A stretch of 64,000 nt of DNA, from positions 160,001 to 224,000 of the forward strand of contig OY970218.1 of NCBI GenBank assembly GCA_963713975.1, read 5' to 3'. The notes under the pieces are model-generated. The model was not told the DNA's origin, made no database searches, and was given only the letters and a program-made list of their open reading frames with translations. A program made the translations under genes and the position numbers. Below, one piece after another: positions 48,409-58,070 of this stretch; within the stretch, counting starts at the first letter, position 1; the number at the start of each line of letters is the position of its first letter. This DNA is from an uncultured Chloroflexia bacterium. Lineage in GTDB: Bacteria > Chloroflexota > Limnocylindria > Limnocylindrales > CSP1-4.

Positions 48409-48831
48409 TCAGGGCTCGCGGCGGACGTCTGGGGCGGGAAGCCGGGCCAGGGCCGCCCGGTACAGCTCGGTCGATGGCGAGAGCGCCACGGCGAGGCGGA
48501 GGTGGGTCCGCGCCTCTGGGGTCCTGCCCAGCCGCTTGAGGCTCTGCCCGAGGGCGTAGTGGGCGTAGTGGGACGATGGGTCCACCTCGAGCAGCGCCTC
48601 GAACGTCTCCCGCGCACGCCCGTGCTGGCCGGAGTTGAAGCGCGCCCGGCCCAGCGCCTCCAGGATGGAGCCCTTGCCGGGCTCGAGCCGCGCCGCCCGC
48701 TCGAGCACGACCGCGGCCTGGGCGTCGTGGCGGCTGCGCATGAGGGCGTGTCCGCGTTGCAGCAGCTCGTAGGCAGTTTCGTGCTCCGGGGATGACGCGG
48801 GCTCGCCAGACGGCATGCGTTCGTCGGACAC
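48409..48831 (-). CDS. Tetratricopeptide repeat protein
   Basis: TPR pattern (LERAARLEP..ALGRARF; EVDPSSHYAHYALG). Start is uncertain (48831 or 48816). Confidence 0.8.
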   Translation of the reverse strand: MSDERMPSGEPASSPEHETAYELLQRGHALMRSRHDAQAAVVLERAARLEPGKGSILEALGRARFNSGQHGRARETFEALLEVDPSSHYAHYALGQSLKRLGRTPEARTHLRLAVALSPSTELYRAALARLPAPDVRREP

Positions 48832-48871
48832 GGCTCGATGCTCGCACGGATAGACCGACGTCGCCGCTACG

Positions 48872-50137
48872 ATGGCTGTCAGCAGGTGCACCTGCCGGAC
48901 CGACGCGCCCAGCCCCGGGAGCCCAGCCCCTGGAGCGAGACCCGGAGCCCCATTGACCGTCTTCCGCCTGTCCGTCGCCTTGTTCCTGGTCCAGATAGGG
49001 TTCCACGCGTACACGGCGACCCTGCCGTTGTCACTCGCCCGCGCCGGGGTTCCCGACGCCGCGATCGGCCTGATCATGGGCGTGGCCGCCATCGTCCAGA
49101 TCCCGGCAGCGATCTTCGGCGGACGCTACGTCGATCGCTTCGGCGGCGGACTGCTGCTCACCCTCGGAGGGATCTGCTACCTGCTGGCGTCGGGCGTCAT
49201 GCTCCTGCCGGGCGTGAGCCCGTCCGGCAGCCTCGCCCCGTTCGTGGTGGTGCGGATCCTGCAGGGGGCCGGGATCGCGATGGCCGTCCCGGCGGCGCTG
49301 TCACTGGTGCCGCGCCTGGTCACGGCGGCGAGGCTCAGCAACGGCCTCGCGGTGGTCGGGGCCGCCCAGAACCTGACGCTGGTCGTGGCGCCGGTCGTCT
49401 CCCTGGCGATCCTCGACGCCTCGTCGCTCGACGGCGTGGCGCTTGCAGTGGTGGCCGTGGTGGCCGTCGGGGTCCTCCTCGGGCAGCGCCTTCCGCTGCG
49501 GGCACCGGCGGGCATCCCGACCACCATGGAGGCCGCTACCCGCCGGTTCGGGATCACCTACCGCCGGGCGTGGACGGTGCCGCTGCTGATCGTGATCACG
49601 TTCGTCGCCCACTGGGGCGCCGTGACCGCGTACCTCCCGATCCGCGCGGAGGGTGCCGGGGCGGACATCGGCCTGTACTTCGCGGCCGACGGAATCGCGA
49701 TCTTCCTCATGCGGATCCCCACCGGCTGGATGGTCGATCGCGTGTCATCGAGAACGCTGATCCTGGTCGGGGCCGCCCTCACGCTGGCCGGCGTGGGGAT
49801 GCTGCTGCTGCCGCTGACCACGCCGCTGCTGATCGTCTCGGGGCTGCTTGGCGGCGCGGGCGGGGGCATCGTCCTGACGCCGATCACGGTCGAGCTCTCG
49901 CGGCGGTCGAGCGATGCCGATCGTGGCTCGGCCTTCGCGCTGTTCACGGGCAGCCTCGCCGGCGCAATGACCCTCGGCAGCGTCGGCGGGGCGCCGGTCG
50001 TGGCGCTGCTCGGGCTCTCCGCCGCGCTGGTCATGGGCATGCTGCTGATCGTGGTCTCGATGGTGCTCGCCGCAACGGACGCGTCGCTCGCGCGCCGTGG
50101 CCGCCAGCAGGAGCCGGAGCAGGTCAGCGCGGCATGA
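48872..50137 (+). CDS. MFS transporter
   Basis: About 12 hydrophobic segments with GRYVDRFG, RILQGAG, GWMVDR, DRGSA. The start may be TTG at 48953. Confidence 0.88.
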   Translation: MAVSRCTCRTDAPSPGSPAPGARPGAPLTVFRLSVALFLVQIGFHAYTATLPLSLARAGVPDAAIGLIMGVAAIVQIPAAIFGGRYVDRFGGGLLLTLGGICYLLASGVMLLPGVSPSGSLAPFVVVRILQGAGIAMAVPAALSLVPRLVTAARLSNGLAVVGAAQNLTLVVAPVVSLAILDASSLDGVALAVVAVVAVGVLLGQRLPLRAPAGIPTTMEAATRRFGITYRRAWTVPLLIVITFVAHWGAVTAYLPIRAEGAGADIGLYFAADGIAIFLMRIPTGWMVDRVSSRTLILVGAALTLAGVGMLLLPLTTPLLIVSGLLGGAGGGIVLTPITVELSRRSSDADRGSAFALFTGSLAGAMTLGSVGGAPVVALLGLSAALVMGMLLIVVSMVLAATDASLARRGRQQEPEQVSAA

Positions 50138-50240
50138 GGCCGGCATGGCGCGCGTGCTGGCCAACCGCCCAGTTGACACCGGCTGTGTCGAGGTCGACGA
50201 TCCGGGAGCCACGCGAACCGATCCCGGGGGAAGGACCGAC

Positions 50241-50675
50241 ATGACGAAGACCCCTGATCCGCTCGACGAGTTCCTTGCAACGCTCCCGAGCCTCCGCCTC
50301 GACGAGTTCATGGTCCTCGCGGCGGCGCACCGCCAGCCCGACCCGGCGCGTGATGTCGCTTGGAAGGCCGCACGGGCTGTGATTGCGCGTGAGGGCCTGG
50401 ATGCCGAGGTCGAGGATCTGCGCTCGACCATCATCGCGTGGGCCATCCAGCCGGTGAGCACGCCGACCCAGTGGGCCGAGATCCCCATGGGGTCCGGACC
50501 GGCGGAGCAGGACAGCCGCAGGGCGGCCGCGCCGTCGCTCCTGGACGCGGCGATCGCGCTCTATCTCGGCGACGCGCTCGACATCTCCGATCGCGACGCG
50601 CTGCTTGGTCCATGGCGACGCCTGTGGGCCGACGAGGCTCCCGCGCAGCGCACCCGCCGCGCCGTCCCGTCGTAA
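50241..50675 (+). CDS. Hypothetical protein
   Basis: AAGGA RBS, helical composition, fills the intergenic gap. Confidence 0.55.
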   Translation: MTKTPDPLDEFLATLPSLRLDEFMVLAAAHRQPDPARDVAWKAARAVIAREGLDAEVEDLRSTIIAWAIQPVSTPTQWAEIPMGSGPAEQDSRRAAAPSLLDAAIALYLGDALDISDRDALLGPWRRLWADEAPAQRTRRAVPS

Positions 50676-50707
50676 CGGCGGCCCGTCGCACCGAGGCCGG
50701 GCCGTGC

Positions 50708-51730
50708 CTAACCCTCGCGCCAGGCCCCGAGATCAATCGGCCGGAGGCGCGGGCTCTCCGTGCGACCCGGGATCCGGCCGCGCTTCGCGATCGGACCGCC
50801 GTCGATCTCCTTGATGTCGCCGGTGAAGTCGATCGGCGTGGCCCCCGAGATGTGGGAGCCGACGGCGAAGGAGTCCACGGGCGCCCCCTGCTCCTTGAAG
50901 TACCGGATTCGATCCGGGGTCAGGCCGCCCGAAACCGTGATCGTCACGTGCGAGAAGCCGGCCTGGTCCAGGCGGGCACGCACCTCCGTCACGAGGGATG
51001 CGGTCACGCGGCCGCGCTCGGAGGGAGTGTCGAGTCGGATGCCGTAGAGCCGGTCGCCCAGCGCGTAGGCGACGCGGAGCGCCTCCTCCGCCTCGTCCTT
51101 GAACGTGTCCACGAGCACGATCCGCGGCACGTCCGGGGGCATGTCACGGTCGAACGCCTCGGCCGCGCGGACGGTGTCACCGAAGATCAGCACCAGCGAG
51201 TGGGGCATCGTGCCGGTCGGGTTGAGGCCGGCCAGCCGCGCACCCGCCGGCGTCGATGCGCCGACGCAGCCACCGACGATCGCGGCGTAGTCCAGGACGT
51301 CCGTGATGTCGGGGTGGACGTGCCGGGCCCCGAAGCTGATCACCGGCTGCGGCGCGGCAGCCTCCACGCACGCGCGGGCCGCTGTCGCCCAGCCCGTGGA
51401 CTGGGACAACATGCCCAGCATCGCCGTCTCGTACAGGGCGAACGCCCGGTAGCGGGCGCGGATGCGGAGGACGACCTCCTTGGGGGTCACCAGGTCGCCG
51501 TCCGAAAGCGCCTCCACCACCGCACCGGGCTCGTCGGCAAGCACGTGGCCGATCAGGTTGGTGGCCTCGCCCATCCCGCACAAGACCGCGTCCTCGCGGC
51601 AGAAGACCTCCATCAGGACGACCGGGTCGAGGCCTTCGCGGTCCAGGATGCTGCTGGCGCGGGCGAAGTAGACGTCGGCCGTCGCACCGGACAGGATCTC
51701 GTGGGACGGGCGGTCGCGCTCCAGGCCCAT
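50708..51730 (-). CDS. pncB: Nicotinate phosphoribosyltransferase
   Basis: Motifs ADVYF, SFGARH, GTMPHSL, LVDTF, GIRLDTP, SGGL, FAVGS. Confidence 0.88.
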   Translation of the reverse strand: MGLERDRPSHEILSGATADVYFARASSILDREGLDPVVLMEVFCREDAVLCGMGEATNLIGHVLADEPGAVVEALSDGDLVTPKEVVLRIRARYRAFALYETAMLGMLSQSTGWATAARACVEAAAPQPVISFGARHVHPDITDVLDYAAIVGGCVGASTPAGARLAGLNPTGTMPHSLVLIFGDTVRAAEAFDRDMPPDVPRIVLVDTFKDEAEEALRVAYALGDRLYGIRLDTPSERGRVTASLVTEVRARLDQAGFSHVTITVSGGLTPDRIRYFKEQGAPVDSFAVGSHISGATPIDFTGDIKEIDGGPIAKRGRIPGRTESPRLRPIDLGAWREG

Positions 51731-51764
51731 CAGGCGCGCCGGGGGGCCGGGGCGACATGGATGG

Positions 51765-53909
51765 TCACGGTCGGTCCGCTCCTTCGTCCTCGGACGACTG
51801 CCCACCGGAAGGATCGGCAGGGGGTCCGTCCGGCGGGAGTGTAGCGTACGGCCCGCCCGGTGCCAGGCGGGTCGCGGCATGCCGGCGGCGGCGCACGAGG
51901 ATCAGGGCCCCCAGGAACACGACCGCGAAGAGGGCGCCGCCACCACCGATCGTGATCGCCCGGGTGCGACCGGCGGCGGGCGCCGCTTCCAGCAGGGTCA
52001 CCGCGTGGGATGCGGCGGACGTGGCTCCATCCAGGTCACCGTCCTCCCAGGCGGTCCGCGCCGTGTCCAGCGCGCCTGCCGGATCGGCCCCGTCCAGGCC
52101 AAGCTCGGTCAGCCAGTCACGCGGCGCGGCGACGACGTCACCGGCCGCCGCCACCTCGTCGAGAGAGGTGAGCATCGCACCCGCCCGGCCATCCACGGCG
52201 GCCAGCTCCGCGACGCTGCGCGACGCCTCGTAGCCCTGCTCCAGCCCGGGTGCGGGCTCCAGACCCTCGTCCACGGCCAGCGCATCGAGCCTGTCCCGCG
52301 AGTCGAGCACACCGGTCGCCTGGTCCATCGCGGCGGTCGCATCGGAGAACTGCCACGCGTCGAGCGCCATCCGGACCACGACAGGGGCGGCCCACGTCCC
52401 GCCCTCCGCGACCAGGTCCGCATAGACGGCCCGGGCCGTCGCGCGCGCCGGGAGGGTCCCTGCCGCGGTCTCCCCGAGGGCCCAGGTGGCCACCACGTCC
52501 GTGACACCCCGTCCGCCGCCCAGCTCCTCTGCGAGATCGACAAGACGGCGCCAGTCGTTGGGGAGCATCGTCCGCTCCGGCGTCGTCTCGCCCTGGTAGG
52601 CGGTCGCGTTGGCGGCGGCCGCGGCGAACACCTCGCGCATGCCGGGCTCGCCCACGAGGTTGACGATCCTGCGCATCACCTGCCACGAGGCGTCGTAGCC
52701 GTACTGCTCACGGGCATCGGCCGCAGCGTCGGCGATCGGCGCAGGCGGGGGCCAGGTCTCGAGCGGGAAGGCCGCCGGCGCACCACGGGTGACCCTGGCA
52801 GGGTCCGCAACCTTCCTGCCGAGGTCGCGGAGGACGCGCGCAGCGTACTCGTCCGCCAGCCCCTCGGTGATCCAGCGCTCGGCGAACAGCGCCTTGTTGA
52901 ACCACGCGTGCGATGCCTCGTGGACGATCGTCAGGTTGTCCAGGTCCTCGCTGATGGTGATCCGGTCGTTGGCCGGGTCATAGAACCCGGCGTACCCCTC
53001 CAGGAGCGGCGTGTGCACCTCGGACACCGTCAGCGGGCCGTCGACCGGCCAGGCGAGGCCGATCCGCTCGACGAGGCCCGGAACGCCGTCGCGCAACAGG
53101 GACCGCACGCGGTCCAGCCAGCGGGTGTCCTCCGGCCAGCCACGGATGACCACCTCCTCGCCCCCGGCGAGCGCGAGGCGATCCTGGGTGAGGGCGTCAT
53201 CGTTGGTGGCGTTCACCCAGGCGTACCAGTCGAGCGCCGAGCCGGTCCGTGCCTCGAGGACCTGCATGCCGTCGGTGCCGGGTCGGACCTCCATCGCATC
53301 CCCGGACAGGTCCACCCGGAACCCGGCCGGGATCTCCAGCCGGATCTCGCCACTGTCCCCGAACGTCCAGGCGACGAAGGTGGCGAACGCCGACCCGACA
53401 CGGGTCGCGCTGTCCGAGCGCGGCGCACCGCCGGGGAGGTCGAATGCAAGGCGGACCGTCGCCGTCTCGCCGACGTAGATCTTCTCCCGGAACCGGACGC
53501 TGACCAGGCGAAAGCCCTTGCGGGGCTCGGCATCGATAGCGACCGTCTTCCCGTCCTGGGTCGCGCGGAGGTGCTCGGCGTCCGGCTGCACGGCGAGGTT
53601 CACGGCATCGTAGTAGTACCGGGTGACGCGGCCGCCCCTGGTGACGTCGGGCTTCCGGTTCACGGCCGTGATGTCCACGGTCACGCGGACCCGGCCCCGA
53701 TCGGGCTGCAGCACGTAGCGTGCCGCCGAGGTGATGTCGACGCCGTCGGCCGCAAGGGTCGTGGCGGGACCCGGCAGAAACGGCGGTGGCGCGCCCGGAT
53801 CGACGGCCGGCAGGATGGCCCCCGCCGTGGTGACCAGCAGCGCAAGGACGGCGGCCGTCGCTGCGCGCCGTATCGTGCTGACGAGCGCGGCTGCGGGCGT
53901 CCGGTGCAT
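51765..53909 (-). CDS. Secreted, C-terminally anchored gluzincin (M1/MA-like) peptidase, paralog B
   Basis: Signal peptide, HEASH..WF...WITEGLA (HExxH-x18-E), C-terminal TM followed by RRRRH. Confidence 0.75.
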   Translation of the reverse strand: MHRTPAAALVSTIRRAATAAVLALLVTTAGAILPAVDPGAPPPFLPGPATTLAADGVDITSAARYVLQPDRGRVRVTVDITAVNRKPDVTRGGRVTRYYYDAVNLAVQPDAEHLRATQDGKTVAIDAEPRKGFRLVSVRFREKIYVGETATVRLAFDLPGGAPRSDSATRVGSAFATFVAWTFGDSGEIRLEIPAGFRVDLSGDAMEVRPGTDGMQVLEARTGSALDWYAWVNATNDDALTQDRLALAGGEEVVIRGWPEDTRWLDRVRSLLRDGVPGLVERIGLAWPVDGPLTVSEVHTPLLEGYAGFYDPANDRITISEDLDNLTIVHEASHAWFNKALFAERWITEGLADEYAARVLRDLGRKVADPARVTRGAPAAFPLETWPPPAPIADAAADAREQYGYDASWQVMRRIVNLVGEPGMREVFAAAAANATAYQGETTPERTMLPNDWRRLVDLAEELGGGRGVTDVVATWALGETAAGTLPARATARAVYADLVAEGGTWAAPVVVRMALDAWQFSDATAAMDQATGVLDSRDRLDALAVDEGLEPAPGLEQGYEASRSVAELAAVDGRAGAMLTSLDEVAAAGDVVAAPRDWLTELGLDGADPAGALDTARTAWEDGDLDGATSAASHAVTLLEAAPAAGRTRAITIGGGGALFAVVFLGALILVRRRRHAATRLAPGGPYATLPPDGPPADPSGGQSSEDEGADRP

Positions 53910-53914
53910 GGGGA

Positions 53915-55987
53915 TCAGTCCGCGGCCGACGTCGCTCGCCGGCCCCTGCGAATGCTGCCGACGAGGGCCGCACCGAGGACGATGATGGAGGCGAGCACGG
54001 CAAGGGCCAGCAGGGCCCGGCGGCGACCTTCCGGCCATGCGGCGGTCCAGGCGCGGTATGCGTGGTTGGCCGCGGCCAGCGTGCCGTCGGTGTCGCCCGC
54101 CTCGAGCGCCACACCGGCCCGCACCAGGTCCTCCTCCGGCTGCTCGCCCAGCATGCCGATCCTGCTCAGGATGTCGTCGTCAGCCGAACGCGCGGCCGCT
54201 GCTTCCTCGATCGCTATCATCGCGTTCCGCTCAGCCTCGGCCTGCCCGCTGGCAGCCTCCATCGACCCCGCCTCGAACAGGCCCTGCATGGTGTCCGGGA
54301 GCGCGAAGCCATCGCGGTCCGCCATGGAGGCCAGTCCATTGCGCTGCGCCAGCACCGTGCGGGCGTCGGCCATCAGCTCCTCCGCGGCATCGAACTGCCA
54401 GGACCGCAGGGCGTCTCGGATCGAGCGAGGCAGGGCCCAGTCGCCGGCCAGCGCGAGCGTCCGCGCGTAGGACGACCTGGCCTCGGCGCGGGCGTCCAGC
54501 CGGGCCGCCTCATCCGGTCGCACCACCCAGGTGCGCCACAGGTCCGTGAGCTTCGAGCCAGACTCCGCCTCGAGCAGGTCGAGCAGGCCGCGCCAGTCGG
54601 GCGGGCCGGCCACGCCCTCGGCGGCGCTGGCCCCGGACGCAGGCGGCTGGTAGGCACCGACGCCGGCGGCCGCATCGGCCCAGGTTCGCGCGAGGGCCTC
54701 GGGCCCGACCACGTCGGCCACCGCGGTGGCGAACGCGAGGGAGGCGGCATAGCCGTAGGCGTCCGTCGCGGTGGTGTCGGAGGTCTTGCCGTCAACCACG
54801 CCGGTCGTCGCGCCCGCGGTCGTGTCGGCGGTCGTGCTGTGGACCCAGGCGTTGAGCGGGATCGCGGACCCCTTCACCGCCTTCGTCAGGACGGGCGCCT
54901 TCGCCGGTACCTCGAGGGCTGCCGCCGCACGGAGCGCGTAGTAGGAGGCGAAGCCCTCGTTCGCCCACCGGTCGGCAAGCAGGGAGCCGTTGAACCAGCC
55001 GTGGGCCGCCTCGTGGATCGTGAGCGCCGGGTCCGCCCAGTAGGCGACCTCGATGCGGTTCTCCGCAGGATCGAACACGGCCGCCGAGTCCCCCGAGTCG
55101 CCGCTCACCCCTTCGCGAACCACCATCGGCGTGTCGTGCGGCCAGTCGAGCCCGATCTCATCCCGCAGGACCGGCAGTGCGCGACCGAACAGCTCGCCGG
55201 TGCGCTTCGTCCAGCCCGGGTCGTCCTCCCAGGGCTGCAGCAGCAGATCGACCTGCTTCCCGCCGACATCGACCGCCAGGGCCTTCTCCTCGTATACCGC
55301 GGGCCGCTGCGCCGACACGTAGGCGAAGAACGAGAGCGGGCTCGCGAGGGACCCGGTGGCCAGCACGGTGCTGCCGTCGGTTCCGGTGGTCCGCCGGGCA
55401 AAGGATCCCGATTCCACCGCCGGATCCCATCCCGGGGGGATGCGCACGGTCACGGAGCTGCCGCGGGCGCCGTCGGAGGCATAGGCCCAGACGGGCAGCG
55501 CGATCAGGCTGGTCCCGACGCGGACCTGCGGGTTGGCGGCGCCGCCGTGGCCCGGCAGGTCGAAGGCCAGGCGGAAGGACGCGGACTTGCCGCCGTACAG
55601 GCGGGACCCGAAGTCGATCCGGAGCAGGGTAGCGTCCTTCGTCCGACTGGCAACCCGGACCCGGGCGCCCTTGGGTCCCGTGATCCTCGGGGAGGTGGCG
55701 CCGGCCTGGACAGCCAGGAACGCATGGTCGAAGAAGAACTTGCGCGTCCGCGTCTCGGACTTGCGGTTGTGCGCGGTGATGGCGACGCTCACGCTCGCCC
55801 GCTGGTCCGCGGGATGCACGTCATAGGTCGCCTGGGTGACCAGCGTGAGGTCCGGAGTGGCAGCGACGACCGGGGCAGGGCCCAGCGCCCCGCTGCCGGG
55901 GGCGGCGACGGCCAGCATGACCGCCACGGCCAGGCCCGCGAGCCACGGCCGAACCCTCCTGCGGAGCACGGGAGACGATGCCGTCAT
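53915..55987 (-). CDS. Secreted, C-terminally anchored gluzincin (M1/MA-like) peptidase, paralog A
   Basis: Signal peptide, HEAAH.WF...WANEGFASY, C-terminal TM followed by RRGRR. Confidence 0.75.
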   Translation of the reverse strand: MTASSPVLRRRVRPWLAGLAVAVMLAVAAPGSGALGPAPVVAATPDLTLVTQATYDVHPADQRASVSVAITAHNRKSETRTRKFFFDHAFLAVQAGATSPRITGPKGARVRVASRTKDATLLRIDFGSRLYGGKSASFRLAFDLPGHGGAANPQVRVGTSLIALPVWAYASDGARGSSVTVRIPPGWDPAVESGSFARRTTGTDGSTVLATGSLASPLSFFAYVSAQRPAVYEEKALAVDVGGKQVDLLLQPWEDDPGWTKRTGELFGRALPVLRDEIGLDWPHDTPMVVREGVSGDSGDSAAVFDPAENRIEVAYWADPALTIHEAAHGWFNGSLLADRWANEGFASYYALRAAAALEVPAKAPVLTKAVKGSAIPLNAWVHSTTADTTAGATTGVVDGKTSDTTATDAYGYAASLAFATAVADVVGPEALARTWADAAAGVGAYQPPASGASAAEGVAGPPDWRGLLDLLEAESGSKLTDLWRTWVVRPDEAARLDARAEARSSYARTLALAGDWALPRSIRDALRSWQFDAAEELMADARTVLAQRNGLASMADRDGFALPDTMQGLFEAGSMEAASGQAEAERNAMIAIEEAAAARSADDDILSRIGMLGEQPEEDLVRAGVALEAGDTDGTLAAANHAYRAWTAAWPEGRRRALLALAVLASIIVLGAALVGSIRRGRRATSAAD

Positions 55988-56568
55988 GCCGACGCCGCAT
56001 CGGGCGCGGCCGACCCGGCCGGCACCCCGCCGTCCGCGGGCTCCAGCAGCTCCGCGAGTTCAGACGCGTACCGTGCCACCAGCCGCGGCCCAGGCCCGTC
56101 GGCCGCCCCGGCGGGGGGCGGGTCCAACGACCACCCACCGGCCTTGAGCCACTCCACGGTGTCGGCGTGGCAGCGGTCCGCGATCGCGATCGACCGGGCA
56201 AGTGCGAGACCCAGGGCGTCCCGACCGGCATCGCGCACCGGGATCTCCGCGACGAGGAGCGGCCGCTCGTCCTCGCCGACCGAGAACTTGGCGAACGGCA
56301 GCTCGTCGTTCCAGCGCAGCAACTTGCGGTAGGAGCGTCGGAAGCCGTCGTTGATCGGCGGTGCGAAGTGCGTCCAGCAGATGAGCGCCAGCGACGGATC
56401 CAGGATGACCGTGATCCGGAGGCGGGCACGCCGAACCCCATCGAGGACGAGGTCCCACGACGTGATGGTCTCGCGGTCGGCGCGCGCAGAGGGCGCCAGG
56501 CCGAGCTCGGCAAGCCAGGCCTCGACGTCGGTCGGGGCACACGCCGACGCCCGGGGGGCGGTGGACAT
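55984..56568 (-). CDS. YbjN-domain protein (T3SS-chaperone-like fold)
   Basis: W..FAPP...YRKLLRWN.ELPFAKF pattern. Confidence 0.6.
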   Translation of the reverse strand: MSTAPRASACAPTDVEAWLAELGLAPSARADRETITSWDLVLDGVRRARLRITVILDPSLALICWTHFAPPINDGFRRSYRKLLRWNDELPFAKFSVGEDERPLLVAEIPVRDAGRDALGLALARSIAIADRCHADTVEWLKAGGWSLDPPPAGAADGPGPRLVARYASELAELLEPADGGVPAGSAAPDAASA

Positions 56569-56652
56569 GGCGGGCAGTCTACCGGAGGTGTCGTTCAGGC
56601 CCCGCCGGTGGCCTTGTGCGAGCGCGCCGCGTGGCGTGCCGGTACCGGCTCC

Positions 56653-57978
56653 CTACTCCGTGGCGGCCGTCGCGCGGTCAGGCGGCTCGCCGGCGCCGCG
56701 GTCCGGCACGGATCGCTTCGAGCGTGCCTTGGGGTCCACCGTGCCACCGGACCGGACCGTGCGGGACCCGTAGTCCGTCGACTTCACCCGCTCGCCCACC
56801 TTGACGTTGCGCCCGAGACGCGCGCCGCGAGGCACGATCGACTGCTTGCCGATCACCGTGATGCCCGTGTTGAGCCGGCCTGGCTCCTGCTTGTTGGGGG
56901 TGTCGAAGTCGGGGCCGTCGCCCACGATGGCGCCCTGCCCGACGACGATCTCCTTGTCCAGGATGGCGCGATCCACCACGGCCCCGGCGCCGATCACGGA
57001 GTCGAACATGACGATCGAATCACGAACCACCGCGCCCACGTCCACGCGCACCCCGGGCGAGAGCACGCTGTTGACGACGGTGCCGTTGATCACACAGCCG
57101 TGCGAGATCATGCTCCGGTGGATCTGGGCGGTCGCGCCGACCTTGGCCGGTGCCCGCTCCTCGGACCGGGTGTGGATCAGCCAGTCGCGGTCGTACAGGT
57201 CCAGCTCCGGCCGGTCCACCAGGAGCGCCATGTTGGCCTCCCAGTACGACTGGATCGTGCCCACGTCCTGCCAGTAGCCCTCGAACCGGTGCCCGTAGAC
57301 GCGCGCGCCACCGTCGAGCATCGCCGGGATCACGTCGCGCCCGAAGTCGCGCCGGTCGTCCGACAGCCAGCGCTGGAGCGCCCGCTTGGAGAACACGTAG
57401 ACGCCCATCGACGCGAGGTCGCTCTTGGGTTGCTTGGGCTTCTCCTGCCACTCGGTCACGCGATCCTGGTCGTCGAGCGCCAGGACGCCCATCCGGGTGG
57501 CCTCCGCAAGCGGCACCCGGCGGACCGCGATGGTCACGTCCGCCCGCCGACGGCGGTGCGCCGCCAGGAACGGCTGGTAGTCCATCTTGTAGATATGGTC
57601 GCCGGCGAGCACGAGGACGGCATCACCGCCCCGCTCCACCACGTTGAAGTTCTGGAGGACCGCGTCCGCGGTGCCGCCGTACCACTCGGCAACTCGCCCA
57701 CGCTTGATGTAGGGCTGCAGCATCCGGACGCCGCCCCGCGTGCGGTCGAGGTCCCACGCCCGACCGAGGCCGATGTGGTCGTTCAGCGAGCGGGGGTTGT
57801 ACTGGGTCAGCACGACCACGTTGTCGATCCCGGAGTTGACGCAGTTCGACAGCGTGAAGTCGATGATCCGGTACTTGCCGCCGAACGGGACCGCGGGCTT
57901 CGCGCGAACGGATGAGAGGATTGACAGCCGCTCACCTTCGCCACCGGCGAGGATGACAGCCAGGACCGGCTTCACCAA
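56653..57978 (-). CDS. glgC: Glucose-1-phosphate adenylyltransferase
   Basis: Motifs [59 protein letters not shown]. Confidence 0.95.
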   Translation of the reverse strand: MVKPVLAVILAGGEGERLSILSSVRAKPAVPFGGKYRIIDFTLSNCVNSGIDNVVVLTQYNPRSLNDHIGLGRAWDLDRTRGGVRMLQPYIKRGRVAEWYGGTADAVLQNFNVVERGGDAVLVLAGDHIYKMDYQPFLAAHRRRRADVTIAVRRVPLAEATRMGVLALDDQDRVTEWQEKPKQPKSDLASMGVYVFSKRALQRWLSDDRRDFGRDVIPAMLDGGARVYGHRFEGYWQDVGTIQSYWEANMALLVDRPELDLYDRDWLIHTRSEERAPAKVGATAQIHRSMISHGCVINGTVVNSVLSPGVRVDVGAVVRDSIVMFDSVIGAGAVVDRAILDKEIVVGQGAIVGDGPDFDTPNKQEPGRLNTGITVIGKQSIVPRGARLGRNVKVGERVKSTDYGSRTVRSGGTVDPKARSKRSVPDRGAGEPPDRATAATE

Positions 57979-58070
57979 GCGTGGTTCCTCCTGGCGTGGG
58001 ATCTGATCGCCACGATCCTAGCAAAGGGTGGTGGCCGTCCGATCGCGGCCCGGTGAAGATGCCGGCCGCG

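Noticed and set aside
51730-51768. 12-codon mini-ORF bridging the gluzincin stop and the pncB start
   Set aside because: Too short to support; the overlaps can arise by chance.
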